Below, piece after piece: positions 31,634 through 41,890 of a DNA stretch of 64,000 nt. The notes under the pieces are model-generated. The model did not search any database. It was not told the origin of the DNA and saw nothing but the letters and a program-made list of their open reading frames with translations. The translations under genes were made by a program, and so were the position numbers. Positions within the stretch are counted from its first letter, which is position 1. Each line of letters opens with the position of its first letter. The DNA is taken from NCBI GenBank assembly GCA_031441465.1, contig JANOEP010000039.1, positions 1 to 64,000 on the forward strand, in the 5' to 3' direction. This stretch comes from a bacterium (GTDB lineage: Bacteria; Krumholzibacteriota; Krumholzibacteriia; LZORAL124-64-63).

Positions 31634-32347
31634 ATGAGGCGAATATATGGAATGATCGTCGTCCTCTGCGTCTGTGCGTTCGCCGCGACGGCCGGCGCCG
31701 CCACCCTGCTGTCCGCCGACTTCGCGGGCCTGACTCCGGGGCAGCCCGTCGGCCTCGGCGGGCCGACCGTCGGCGAGCCCGTCTCCGTCAGCAACTGCCT
31801 CGCGACGATCCGCAGCGCGCCCTTCCCGTCGAATTGCCTGGAGTTCGACGACGAGGCCGACTTCGGCACCGGCGGTGCGGTCTTCGAATTCCTGGAAGAC
31901 GCCGAGGTGACCACCGGGACGGTGACGGTCTCCGCCAAGCTCTGGTTCGCCGAGTTCGACGGCTACTATTTCCACCTGCGCGAGCACGGCGGCGCCGCGA
32001 AATCCTTCAACACCATCTACCTGCAGGAGAGCGGCGCCGTGCTGGCCACCGACGCGGCCGGTTCCGCCGGTGTCGTCGGCCATTACGAGATCGGCCGCGT
32101 CATCGAGCTGCACATCGTCCACGATCTGGACGCCCGCACGTACGACCTCTGGTGGGACGGCGTGCTGGTCGTGAACGACCGCGCCCACGGCGTCGTCGAC
32201 CGGGGCATCGGCGGCGTCTACACGGGCATCGACCACGATGCCGACCTCGACGGGATCTTCTCGTTGGACGACCTGTTGGTCACGACGGGGCCGATCACCG
32301 CGAACGAGGCCGGGTCCTGGGGCGGCGTCAAGGCCGCCTGGCGCTGA
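31634..32347 (+). CDS. Secreted protein (beta-sandwich-like) with C-terminal 'SWGGVKAAWR' motif
   Basis: AAGGA RBS, signal peptide, acidic beta-rich body, terminal PITANEAGSWGGVKAAWR. Confidence 0.75.
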   Translation: MRRIYGMIVVLCVCAFAATAGAATLLSADFAGLTPGQPVGLGGPTVGEPVSVSNCLATIRSAPFPSNCLEFDDEADFGTGGAVFEFLEDAEVTTGTVTVSAKLWFAEFDGYYFHLREHGGAAKSFNTIYLQESGAVLATDAAGSAGVVGHYEIGRVIELHIVHDLDARTYDLWWDGVLVVNDRAHGVVDRGIGGVYTGIDHDADLDGIFSLDDLLVTTGPITANEAGSWGGVKAAWR

Positions 32348-32373
32348 CCTCGCGTCGGATCGGACAGCACGAG

Positions 32374-32406
32374 GAAGGCCCCCGCGCACCGGACGCGGGG
32401 GCCTTC
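32374..32406. terminator. Bidirectional stem-loop terminator between convergent genes
   Basis: GAAGGCCCCCGCG-loop-CGCGGGGGCCTTC, a perfect 13-bp stem. Confidence 0.75.
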
Positions 32407-32465
32407 GCTGTTCCTGCCGGCCGCCTCGGCGCCGCAGGCGCCGCGGCGAGCCGGATCACGGGGTC

Positions 32466-35400
32466 TCAGCGCACGAGCACCATCTTTCGGCTAGCGCCCA
32501 GTTGCCTGCCGTCCTGGTACAGGCGGTACAGGTAGACGCCGCTGGCGACCTGGCGGCCGCGCTGGTCGGTCCCGTTCCAGTCCAGGGTCGCCGGACCCGC
32601 CGGCAGACGGCCGGCGCGGATCCGCAGCACGAGGATGCCGCGCGAGTCGTAGATCGCGACTTCGGTGTCGCCGTCGTGCTGCAGGTTGAACTGGAGCCGG
32701 GTGCTCGGGTTGAAGGGATTGGGCTGGTTGCTCAGCTGCAGTCCTTCGGCCGGCCGCGCGGGCCGGGTCGGGTCCGCGGTGGCGAATTCCAATGCCGGCG
32801 GCGAGTTGCCCACGGTCAGGGACGCCGGCACCAGAACCAGCGGCGCGGTCGGGTCGTCGCTCCGGAAGATGATCGTGGCGCGGTGCTCGCCGGCGTCGAC
32901 GCCCGTCGCGTCGAAGGTCGCCGTCACGTCCTGCGTCCCGCCGGACGGTACCGTGCCCGTCTGGGGCGCGACCGTCAGCCAGGTCGCGCGCAGGCCGATC
33001 AGGGCGATCTCGTTCTCCGCCAATTCGATCGCGTCCCTCAGGCCGTCGCCGTCGTCGTCGGCCGTGTAGTTCGCCATCTGGAAGGCGTTGAAGATCGCGC
33101 GGCCGGTCGCGTCGGCGACGATCGCGCCGGAGTTCGGGAAGCCCTGGAACGCGGCCAGCTGCCGGGCGCCGGGCAGCGTCGCGACGAGCTGGCCGTCGCG
33201 CGTCAACGGGTTCGCGTTCCAGTGGAGGTTCCGGATCGCGTTGGGCCACAGGAAGCAGGCGTGATCCTCCTGCACGGCCGCGACGTCCAGCGGGGTGGTG
33301 ATGGTGGACTGGTAGGACACGCCTAGGCGCCCCATCAGGCTGTGGTTGGAGACGAGGTACACCGACCAGTCGGCGTAGATCAGGGAGCCGCCGGCGTCGA
33401 GGTGCGACGTCAGGGCGTTGAGGGCCGTGAACGACGTCACTTGCGAGTAGTTGCTCACGATCATCAGGTCCCAGGGGCCGTCGTTCGCGGCGGCGCCGAG
33501 GAATTCCGGCCAGGTGGTCGCCAGGGTGTGCCCGAGGCCCAGGCGCTGCAGCGCCAGGCTGAAGGCGTCGTTCACCGGCTCGTAGGGGGCCAGCAGCAGC
33601 GTGCGGGGGGCGTCGCGAGTCGCGCTCTCGCGGCTGTAGATGCGTCGACCGAAGGGAGCGGGCGACTTCGCCCCGCCGTTGTCGACGGCGTCGGCGGGAG
33701 CGGAGGGGCCCACCGGCAGGTCGCGGAACGTGAAGGCGGAGTCCTCCGGTTTCTCCCCGGACGAGGCCGTCAGGTGGGTGGACGCCGACCAGATCAGCTG
33801 GCCCGGGCCCAGGTTGCCGATCGTCAACTGGAACGCGGCGGTGCCGCCGGGCGACAGCGTCGCCGACAGCGAATCCGGAGCGACCACGATCGCCGGCGGG
33901 GCCAGTCCGGTACCGGACAGCGGCAGCGTGATCACCGGTTCGTCCCTGTCGCCGCTGATGATCGTCAGCGTGCCGGTGACCGGGCCGAGCGTCGCCGGGG
34001 CGTAGGTCAGGGTCACGTATTGCCGGTCGCCGGGCGCCAGCGTGATCGGCCCGACGGGTGCGACCGTGAAGTCGGCGTGGCTCGATGACAGGGTTCCGAT
34101 CGTCAACGGCTCGCAGCCGTCGTTGGCGACGGGGATCGACCTCGCGGCCGGGTTCCCGACGTGCTGCGCCCCGAAGGCGAGGTCCGTGGGCGTCACCGCG
34201 ATGTCCGGCTCGCCGATCAGCGCGAGCGTGACGCCCACCGGGACGACGGGCGTGTGCGGGTCGTCGCTGGCCACGTCGATCCGGGCGCCGAATATGGCGT
34301 TGCAGAGGTCCGTCGTGCTGTGCGTCACCGTCGCGTCGATCGACACCGCCACGTCCTGCGAGAGTCCCGGCGGGACGGTGCCCGAGGTCGGCTGCACCGT
34401 CAGCCAGGGCGCCACGCCGGCGACCAGCACGATCTCGTTCTCCGCGAGTTCGACGATGTCGCGCCGGCCGTCGCCGTCGTCGTCGCCGGTGTAGAGGTTG
34501 GTCAAGAACGCGTTGAAGATGGCGCGGCCGGTCCCGTTCAGGACGATCGCGGCGGAAGTCGCGAGGCCCTGGAACGACGCCAGCGTGCGCGCACCCTCGT
34601 GGACGGTGATGATCTGGGCCTTGATGCCGGCCGGATTCAGGTCCCAGCGGAGCTGGTGCACGGCGTTGGGCATCCGGAAGCAACGGTGGTCCGGGTCGGT
34701 CGCCGCGAAATCCAGCGGCGTGTAGGTGAACTCCCGGTAGGTGAAGCCCAGGCGGTCCAGGAGTTCGTGATCGCGGTCGTAGTGGATCGTGTGGTCGGCG
34801 AAGATCAGGGCGCCGCCCGCGTCGAGATGGTCCACGAGGTCGTCGAACGCGTACTCGTCGGAGGATTCCTGGTTGTTGTTGACGATCACGAGATCCCAGG
34901 GTCCGCCGGCGGCAAGGAGAGCCCGAAGGTCGGCATAGTCCGACGCCGCGGTGTAGCTCCAGCCCAGACGCTGCAGCGCCAAGAGGTAGACGTCGGTCGC
35001 GATGTCGTCGGAGGGCAGCAGCAGGACGCTCGGCGTGCCGCGCTCCGCGGCGGCGGAAACGTCCAGGGGGGTCACCGACAACGACCAGTGCAGGTCGATC
35101 TGCCCCGGGTTGGCGATCTTCAGGTAGCGCAGGTCGACGCCGTCGGTGAAAAGCGCCGAAGCCAGAGTGTCCGGCGTCACGGTGATCAGGGCCGACGGCA
35201 GGCCGGTCCCGGAGAGCGGGACCGTGATCGTCGGCTCGTCCAGGTCGTCGCTCGCGATCGTCAAGGCGCCCGCGACCGGGCCCTCGGTGACCGGAGCGTA
35301 GGTGACCAGCACGATCCGCGTCGAGTCCGGCGCCACGGTGAACGGGCCGGTCGGCGAGACGGAGAATTCGGCGTGGTTCGAGGTCACGGCCGACACCGAC

Positions 35401-38400
35401 AGCAGATCGCAGCCGGTGTTGGCGACGGTCAGCGTCGCGACCGCCCGGCCGCCGAGGTACTGCTGCCCGAAGGCGACGACCGCCGGCGCGGCCGAGATGT
35501 CCGGCTCGCCGTGGATGTCGAGCGCCACCGGCAGGACGGCCACGGGCGTGACCGGGTCGTTGCTCGCCACGCAGATGCGCGTCGCGAAGGAGCCGCCGCA
35601 GATGCCCGCCGCGCTGAACCAGACCTTCGCCTCCTGCTTCTCTCCGGCCGGAATCACGCCCGCCTCGGGGTCGATCTGCACCCAGCCCGCGCCGGCCAGC
35701 CAATCGAACGCCTGGTTGCCGAAGAGGCGGTTGTCGTCGGCGTTCAGGCCGTACACGCTGAACATCTCGTCGCTCAGCGCGATGACGCGGCCGCCGCCCA
35801 CTTGGCTCCACGCGCCCGTCATGACGCCAGAAGCGTCCCGGACCAGGATCCGGGCCGGCATGGCGACCCTCGACAGACGGGCGCCCGGGCTGTCCAGGAA
35901 GAGGCCGTCGACGCCGGCCGTGGTCGCGTGTTCGGTGATCCGGATCGTCGTCCCGCTGTGGGCGTCCGTGCTGGAGTAGGTGATGCCGGCGCCCGCGGCG
36001 GACAGGATCGCGTTGAAGGAGGATGCGGACGCGTTGTAGTCGCCTTCCAGGAGCATGCCGCCGCCTTCGTTCACCCAGGCCGCCAGCGCCGACCTCTCCG
36101 CAGTCGTGAAGGACCAACTGCAGTTGATGGACCAGAAGATGTCGTAGCCGGACAGGAGGTCCGGGGTGATCGCGGCCGAGTTGTACGAAATCTCCGCACC
36201 GCGCAGCTCGAGGTCGCCGACCATGCCGGTCCAGTTCGAGGAGGTGGCCTGTCCGTGGCGCCGGTCCCACATGATGCGCACGCCGGTCAGGTCGCGCAGG
36301 TCGGCCGTCAGTTCTCCGTCGGACGTCGCTGCCGGCGTCGCCTGCACCGGCATCGCGTCGGCTGCTGGCGCCAGGTGCGGCAGGGTGTACCGGCGTCGGG
36401 CGGCGATCTCTTCGACCGTGGCCGACCAGACCAGGTCGCTCCGTCCGGAGTTCTTGATCGTCAGGGGTCGCGCAGTTTCGTCTTCGTAGGGCTCGAGGAC
36501 GACCGACATCGAGGCAGGTGACAGCGCGATCACCGGCGGCGCCACGCAGGCGCCCGTCAACGCCACGGCGACCGCGGGTTCGTCCGGGTCGTCGCTGACG
36601 ATCGTCAGCGTGGCGGCGTGCGTGCCGACGGCGGCCGGCGCGTAGCCGACCGTCACGGCCAGCGCGCCGCGCGGCGCCAGGGTGGCCGGCCCGGCGGGGG
36701 CGACCGTGAACGCGCTGTCGTCGGACGTCAAACTGGAGATCGTCAGGGGGGCGCAGCCGTCGTTGACCAGGGTCAGCGTGTCGGCGACCACGGCGCCGGG
36801 GTAGAGGGTCGCGAAGGCCAGGGCCGCCGACGTGACGGTGAGGTTCGCTTCGCCGAGCAGTGCGAGGGAGACCGGCACCGCGATCTCGGGCGTCAGGGGA
36901 TCGTTGCTCGCCACGGTGATGCGCGCCGTCAGCGTCGTGCCGCAGCGGCCGGTCGCGTCGAACGCCACCGCGAGGTCCTGCGCGCTTCCGGGCGGGATCA
37001 CGCCCGAGAGCGGTGCGATCCGCAGCCAGTTATCCGTCGCCAGCCAGTCGAACACCTGGTTGCCGAACCGGCGGTTGTCGTCGACGTCGAGGTCCGTGTC
37101 GCGGAAGAGTTCTTCGCTCAGGGCGATCACGCGGCCCTTGCCCACCTCGCTCCAGGCGCCCACGATGTGGCCGGTCGCATCCCGGAACAGGACCCGCGCC
37201 GGGTAGACGACCGTCGCCAGCGTGGCGTTCGGCTGGTCGAGACGGAGGCGCGAAACGCCCGCCGTGGTCTCGTGCGGCGCGATGTCCGTCGTCGTCCCGG
37301 CCTGCGCGTTGTCGGTGGAGTAGCCGATGCCGGCCCCCGCCGCGGTCAGGATCGCGTCGAACGCGGCTTGGAACGTGTCGTTGTCGCCTTCCAGGAGCAT
37401 CCCGCCGCCGTCCCGCAGCCAGGAGCCCAGCAGGTGCGTCTCCGCCGCCGACCAGCCCGTCGCGCAGTTGACGGTCCACACGAGGTCGAATCCGTCCAGG
37501 AGGTCCGAGGTGACCGGCATGGTGTTGACGACGACCTCGGCGCCGCGCTGCGCGAGGTCGTCGATCATCTGCGACCAGGCGGCCGGTTGGACCTGCCCGT
37601 GGTGCGCGGCCCACATGATGCGCAGGCCGGTCAGGTCGCGCAGGTCGGCCGTCGGCTCCCCGCCTCGCGCCGGCGAGACTCCCGCGTCCGGGGCGTCGTA
37701 CCCGATCCGCGCGCTCCAGATGAGGTCGCTCAGGCCGGTGTTCTCGATGCTCAGGGACTGCACCGATTCGCCGCCGGAAATGAGTCCGACCGCCAGCGAG
37801 TCGGGATACACGGAGACCACGGGTGCCGGCACTCCCGTGCCGGACATCGGCAGCGAGATCGTCGGTTCGTCGGGGTCGTCGCTCGTGATCGTCAGCATGG
37901 CGGTGACCCGGCCGACGGTGGTCGGGCGGTAGGTCGCTTCCACGGTGTGCGGCTGGTCCGGGGCGACCGTGGCCGGGAACGGCGTGGGTGACGTGAACTG
38001 GTCGCTGTCCGAGGACGTGGCGACGAGCGTCAGATTTCCGCAGCCGTCGTTGAAGAGGCTCAGCGACCTGGTCGCCGCGGCGCCGATGAGGACGGGTCCG
38101 AAGTTCAGATCGGCCGACGTGACGGTGACGTCCGGCCCCTCGCTCACGCGCAGCGACACCGGCGTGGCGATCGCGGGCGCGAGAGGGTCGTTGCTCGTGA
38201 GATTGATGTGCGCCGCGTGGTCGTTGCCGCACATGTTCGTGGCGTCGAAGGTCACCGTCAGGTCCACGGACTCGCCCTCGCGCACGACGCCCGTGTCCGG
38301 CGCAACCGACAGCCAGGTCGGGCCGAAGCCGACGAGCATGATCTCGTTCTCCGCCAGTTCGACGGCGTCCTGCACGCCGTCGCCGTCGTCGTCGGCCGTG

Positions 38401-40739
38401 AAGTTCGCCCACTGGAATCCGTTGAAGACGGTGCGGCCCGACGCGGCGAGGACGACCGCGCCGGAGCCGGGGTAGCCGTCGAACGCCGCCAGCTGCACGG
38501 CGTCGGGTCGCACCGCGACGATCTGGCCGTCGCGCGTGGATTGGTTCAGATTCCAGCGCAGGGCGCTGATCTGGTTGGGATGGCGGAAACAGAGGTGGTC
38601 GGGGTCGACCGCCGCGACGTCCAGGGGCGTCGTGAACGACGACTGGTAGTCGACGCCGAGGCGTGCCAGCAATTCGTGCTCGTTGTAGCTGTAGACCGCC
38701 CAGTCGGCGAAGATCAGGGAGCCGCCCCGGTCGAGGTGGTCGACGAGCGCGCCGAGACCGGTCGCCGTCGTGGGGGCGTAGTAGTTGTTCACGATCACCA
38801 GATCCCAGGGTCCGTCGGCGGTGAGCGCCGCTTCCAGTTCCCCCCAGTCCGGCACCATGGTGAATCCGAAGCCCAGCCGCTGCAGCGCCAGGTTGAAGGT
38901 GTTGGTCGACCCGCCGATGGAGCTGAGCAGCAGGATGTGCGGTTCGTAGTCGGCCCGGCGGTCGCCGGTGTAGACGCGCCGCCCGGACCAGGGTTCATCC
39001 GGCGGCAGGCCGTTGGTCTCGCCGGACTGCGGCGCGGTCGAGCGCGGCGGCAGATCGCTGACCGCGAAGGCGGCGCCGCGCGTCTGTGCGGCGAGGGCGG
39101 CAGCGGCGCTCACGTGCGCCGACCAGACCAGGTCGATCTCCCCGGAGTTGCTGATCGTCAGCCGCGCGGTTCCGATCTGGCCGGGATGGAACGACATCGC
39201 GAGCGAATCGGGCGCGACGCCGATCACCGGCGCCGTCGCGGCCGTTCCCGACAGGGGCACCGCGAGCGACGGCAGGTGCGGGTCGTCGCTCAGGATCGTC
39301 AAGACGCCGAGGTCGGTGCCGGATCCCGTCGGCGTGTAGGCCGCCAGGACGGTCTGCGTCGTTCCGGGCGCCAGCGTGAACGGGCCGGCCGGAGAGACCG
39401 TGAACACGGTCTGATCAGTCGTCAGGGAGGCGATCGTCAGCGGCGCGCACCCGTCGTTGGACAGGTCCAGCGACGCGAACGCGGCGTGCCCGACCGGCCG
39501 CAGGCCGAAGTCGAGGCGCTCCGGATCGATCCCGATGACCGGAACGGCCGGCACGCCGAACGACACCGGCACCTCGACCGGCGGCACGAACGGGTCGTCG
39601 CATTCCACGACGATCAGCGCCGAGCGCTCGTCGCCGCAGAGCGCGGCCGCGTCGAAGGCCACCGACACGGTCTGGGTGCCGCCGGCCGGCAACGTGCCGG
39701 TCTGCGGAGCGATCGACAGCCAGCGGGCGCCGGCGGCGACCAGGACGATCTCGTTCTCGGCCAGTTCGACCATGTCGCGCACGCCGTTGCCGTTGTCGTC
39801 GGCCCCGTAGTTCGCCACTTGGAAGGCGTTGAAGATGGCGTGCCGCGACGCGTTGATGACGATCGCACCGGAATCCGGATGGTCCGGGAACTCGGCCAAC
39901 CGCAGTGCGCCGGCGAGGGCCGCGACGACCTGGCCGTCGACCGGAAGCTGATCCAGGTCCCAGTGCAGGTCGGTGACCACGTTCGGTTGCCGGAAGCAGC
40001 GGTGCCGGGGATCGAGCGCCGAGAAATCCTGCGGCTGGGTGAAGAACGACCGGTAGGAAACGCCCAGGCGCGCCAGCAGGCTGTGGTTGGCGTAGTCCGC
40101 GACCGACCAGTCGGCGTAGATCAGCCGGCCGCCGGTGTCGAGATGCCCGACCAGCGCCGCGAGGGTCGCTGCCGGCGCGGTCAGGGAGTAGTTGTTGACC
40201 ACGACCAGATCCCAGGGGCCGTCGTCCGTGAGCGCCGCGGTCAGCGTCGCCCAGTCCGTCACCACGGTGTGACCCCAGCCCAGGCGCTGCAGCGCCAGCG
40301 AGTGGGCGTCGTTCACGGGGTCGAAGGTGGCGAGGAGCAGGACGCGGGGCCCGCCGCTCGGCAGGCGGTCGTTGCTGTAGATGCGCCGGCTGAACGGGGG
40401 CGGGGCCGCGTCGCCGTTGTCGGTGCGCGCGGGCAGGTCGGACCGGTCCGCCGGGTCGTCGCGGTAGGTGAGGCCGGCGCCGCGCGTCTGCGCAGGGAAC
40501 GTCCCGGGCATGGAGATGTAGGCGGTCCAGGCCAGGGGGGTCTTGCCCGTGTTGCTGATCAGCAGGGAACTCGTCGTGGCGCCGTCGGGCGGGAGTTCGG
40601 CCGACAGCGAATCCGGTTCCACGACGAGGGCGGCGGCGGCTGTTTCGGGATACGACGCGGCCAGGATGAGTCCGCCCAGAGCGAGCGGGATCAGCGAGAC
40701 GGCGAACGCGGACAGGGAGGTGCAACGCCAGCGGGACAT
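32466..40739 (-). CDS. Giant modular surface/secreted protein (six Ig + choice-of-anchor-D/ASH modules, C-terminal FlgD-Ig/T9SS-like domain)
   Basis: 2757 aa with a signal peptide and repeated PDSL..ISNxG..W / WLxVxPxxG..FDA / LxFG..NxGC..L..SDDP modules. Ends NQPNPFNPST...IYD..G..V...WNGTDQRGRQVASGVYLYRL...KMVLVR. Confidence 0.88.
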   Translation of the reverse strand: MSRWRCTSLSAFAVSLIPLALGGLILAASYPETAAAALVVEPDSLSAELPPDGATTSSLLISNTGKTPLAWTAYISMPGTFPAQTRGAGLTYRDDPADRSDLPARTDNGDAAPPPFSRRIYSNDRLPSGGPRVLLLATFDPVNDAHSLALQRLGWGHTVVTDWATLTAALTDDGPWDLVVVNNYSLTAPAATLAALVGHLDTGGRLIYADWSVADYANHSLLARLGVSYRSFFTQPQDFSALDPRHRCFRQPNVVTDLHWDLDQLPVDGQVVAALAGALRLAEFPDHPDSGAIVINASRHAIFNAFQVANYGADDNGNGVRDMVELAENEIVLVAAGARWLSIAPQTGTLPAGGTQTVSVAFDAAALCGDERSALIVVECDDPFVPPVEVPVSFGVPAVPVIGIDPERLDFGLRPVGHAAFASLDLSNDGCAPLTIASLTTDQTVFTVSPAGPFTLAPGTTQTVLAAYTPTGSGTDLGVLTILSDDPHLPSLAVPLSGTAATAPVIGVAPDSLAMSFHPGQIGTARLTISNSGEIDLVWSAHVSAAAALAAQTRGAAFAVSDLPPRSTAPQSGETNGLPPDEPWSGRRVYTGDRRADYEPHILLLSSIGGSTNTFNLALQRLGFGFTMVPDWGELEAALTADGPWDLVIVNNYYAPTTATGLGALVDHLDRGGSLIFADWAVYSYNEHELLARLGVDYQSSFTTPLDVAAVDPDHLCFRHPNQISALRWNLNQSTRDGQIVAVRPDAVQLAAFDGYPGSGAVVLAASGRTVFNGFQWANFTADDDGDGVQDAVELAENEIMLVGFGPTWLSVAPDTGVVREGESVDLTVTFDATNMCGNDHAAHINLTSNDPLAPAIATPVSLRVSEGPDVTVTSADLNFGPVLIGAAATRSLSLFNDGCGNLTLVATSSDSDQFTSPTPFPATVAPDQPHTVEATYRPTTVGRVTAMLTITSDDPDEPTISLPMSGTGVPAPVVSVYPDSLAVGLISGGESVQSLSIENTGLSDLIWSARIGYDAPDAGVSPARGGEPTADLRDLTGLRIMWAAHHGQVQPAAWSQMIDDLAQRGAEVVVNTMPVTSDLLDGFDLVWTVNCATGWSAAETHLLGSWLRDGGGMLLEGDNDTFQAAFDAILTAAGAGIGYSTDNAQAGTTTDIAPHETTAGVSRLRLDQPNATLATVVYPARVLFRDATGHIVGAWSEVGKGRVIALSEELFRDTDLDVDDNRRFGNQVFDWLATDNWLRIAPLSGVIPPGSAQDLAVAFDATGRCGTTLTARITVASNDPLTPEIAVPVSLALLGEANLTVTSAALAFATLYPGAVVADTLTLVNDGCAPLTISSLTSDDSAFTVAPAGPATLAPRGALAVTVGYAPAAVGTHAATLTIVSDDPDEPAVAVALTGACVAPPVIALSPASMSVVLEPYEDETARPLTIKNSGRSDLVWSATVEEIAARRRYTLPHLAPAADAMPVQATPAATSDGELTADLRDLTGVRIMWDRRHGQATSSNWTGMVGDLELRGAEISYNSAAITPDLLSGYDIFWSINCSWSFTTAERSALAAWVNEGGGMLLEGDYNASASSFNAILSAAGAGITYSSTDAHSGTTIRITEHATTAGVDGLFLDSPGARLSRVAMPARILVRDASGVMTGAWSQVGGGRVIALSDEMFSVYGLNADDNRLFGNQAFDWLAGAGWVQIDPEAGVIPAGEKQEAKVWFSAAGICGGSFATRICVASNDPVTPVAVLPVALDIHGEPDISAAPAVVAFGQQYLGGRAVATLTVANTGCDLLSVSAVTSNHAEFSVSPTGPFTVAPDSTRIVLVTYAPVTEGPVAGALTIASDDLDEPTITVPLSGTGLPSALITVTPDTLASALFTDGVDLRYLKIANPGQIDLHWSLSVTPLDVSAAAERGTPSVLLLPSDDIATDVYLLALQRLGWSYTAASDYADLRALLAAGGPWDLVIVNNNQESSDEYAFDDLVDHLDAGGALIFADHTIHYDRDHELLDRLGFTYREFTYTPLDFAATDPDHRCFRMPNAVHQLRWDLNPAGIKAQIITVHEGARTLASFQGLATSAAIVLNGTGRAIFNAFLTNLYTGDDDGDGRRDIVELAENEIVLVAGVAPWLTVQPTSGTVPPGLSQDVAVSIDATVTHSTTDLCNAIFGARIDVASDDPHTPVVPVGVTLALIGEPDIAVTPTDLAFGAQHVGNPAARSIPVANDGCEPLTIGTLSSSHADFTVAPVGPITLAPGDRQYVTLTYAPATLGPVTGTLTIISGDRDEPVITLPLSGTGLAPPAIVVAPDSLSATLSPGGTAAFQLTIGNLGPGQLIWSASTHLTASSGEKPEDSAFTFRDLPVGPSAPADAVDNGGAKSPAPFGRRIYSRESATRDAPRTLLLAPYEPVNDAFSLALQRLGLGHTLATTWPEFLGAAANDGPWDLMIVSNYSQVTSFTALNALTSHLDAGGSLIYADWSVYLVSNHSLMGRLGVSYQSTITTPLDVAAVQEDHACFLWPNAIRNLHWNANPLTRDGQLVATLPGARQLAAFQGFPNSGAIVADATGRAIFNAFQMANYTADDDGDGLRDAIELAENEIALIGLRATWLTVAPQTGTVPSGGTQDVTATFDATGVDAGEHRATIIFRSDDPTAPLVLVPASLTVGNSPPALEFATADPTRPARPAEGLQLSNQPNPFNPSTRLQFNLQHDGDTEVAIYDSRGILVLRIRAGRLPAGPATLDWNGTDQRGRQVASGVYLYRLYQDGRQLGASRKMVLVR

Positions 40740-40807
40740 GGGTGCCTCCTGCTCTGGACGGAGATCGTGCGGTCATGGATGAAAAGCTTGGAAGATGGCA
40801 TGTCGTG

Positions 40808-40837
40808 ATGATACCGCCGGGCGGGAGGCGGTGTCAA
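40808..40837 (-). promoter_or_regulatory. sigma-70 promoter for the giant protein gene
   Basis: Minus strand TTGACA-N18-TATCAT, about 70 nt upstream of ATG 40739. Confidence 0.7.
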
Positions 40838-40950
40838 ACGCCTGGGGGCGGATCGTGCCGGTTCAGCAGTCGGGGGAGCGACCGTGCGGGTCCCATCGGC
40901 GCTTCACGACCCATCGAGCACGGAGTCACTCCTGTTTCCGCGGGGTCGGA

Positions 40951-41874
40951 CTACGGCCAAGGCACTTCCAGCTGCCAGCCCGCGAGCTTCGCCTCGAACT
41001 CCGCCCGCTCCCGGTGCCGCTTCAGCCCCTCGGATCCCGGCTCCAGCCAGCCCGCCGCACGCGCGACGGCGCAGGCCCGCGCCGCGTCCCCGCCCCCGAT
41101 CGCGCCGAGGATCTCCTGCTCGATCCGCGACAGCGACGCCGCGCCGAGCCGGAAGTCCATGAACGCCTCCCAGACCAGCGGCACCCACGGCGCCACGATC
41201 CGCTCGCCGATCACCGTGGCGTACTCGCGGATCTCCTGCTGCGCGTGGGCGTCCATGCGCAGCGACAGGAAGTGCAGCAGGTTGTGCAGGTCGATCTTCC
41301 AGTAAGCCTCGGTATAGGTGCACAGGGGGAGGTCCTTGCGGGCCTGTTCGCGGGCGACGCCGCGGGCGAGCTTGTCCTCGTACACCTTGCGCGTCAGGAT
41401 GTGGACTTCGTGTTCGCCGGCGGTGAACGCCGCGCCATCCGCGTCGGCGAAATAGCCCGCGCTGCCCTGCCGGTTGTCGTCCGCCTGGCGCCGCCACTTG
41501 TCCGGGTCCGTGCGCTGTGCCGAATCGGTCACGATGGAGTAGCGTGAACTCACCTCATTCACCGAGGCCGACCGGTGCCGTATCCACTGTCGCCACGCGT
41601 CCATCGGCACGCGCACGTGCAGCTTCAGCTCACACATCTCGAACGGCGTGGTGTGACGGTGGCGCAGGAGGTAGCGGATCAGGCCGCGGTCCTCGCTCAC
41701 CTTCTTGGTGCCGTCCCCGTAGGACACGCGGGCCGCCTGCACGACGGCGCGGTCGTCGCCCATGTAGTCCACGACGCGCACGAAGCCGTCGTCCAGCACG
41801 GGCAGCGCCACGCCCAGGATCTCGTCCAGGGCGGGCACGACGGCTCGGGTCACGCGTTCGGACTGCGGCTGCAT
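40951..41874 (-). CDS. thyX: FAD-dependent thymidylate synthase
   Basis: AARVSY, HTTPFE, RQWIRHRSASVNEVSSRY (RHRx7S), REQARKDLP, HAQQEIREYA. Confidence 0.95.
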   Translation of the reverse strand: MQPQSERVTRAVVPALDEILGVALPVLDDGFVRVVDYMGDDRAVVQAARVSYGDGTKKVSEDRGLIRYLLRHRHTTPFEMCELKLHVRVPMDAWRQWIRHRSASVNEVSSRYSIVTDSAQRTDPDKWRRQADDNRQGSAGYFADADGAAFTAGEHEVHILTRKVYEDKLARGVAREQARKDLPLCTYTEAYWKIDLHNLLHFLSLRMDAHAQQEIREYATVIGERIVAPWVPLVWEAFMDFRLGAASLSRIEQEILGAIGGGDAARACAVARAAGWLEPGSEGLKRHRERAEFEAKLAGWQLEVPWP

Positions 41875-41890
41875 CGGCGTCTCCTGCGGA

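Noticed and set aside
32466..40739. DGR template/variable repeats or CRISPR-like array among the internal repeats
   Set aside because: The repeats are diverged in-frame protein modules. There is no reverse transcriptase, no cas gene and no regularly spaced short repeats in the window.
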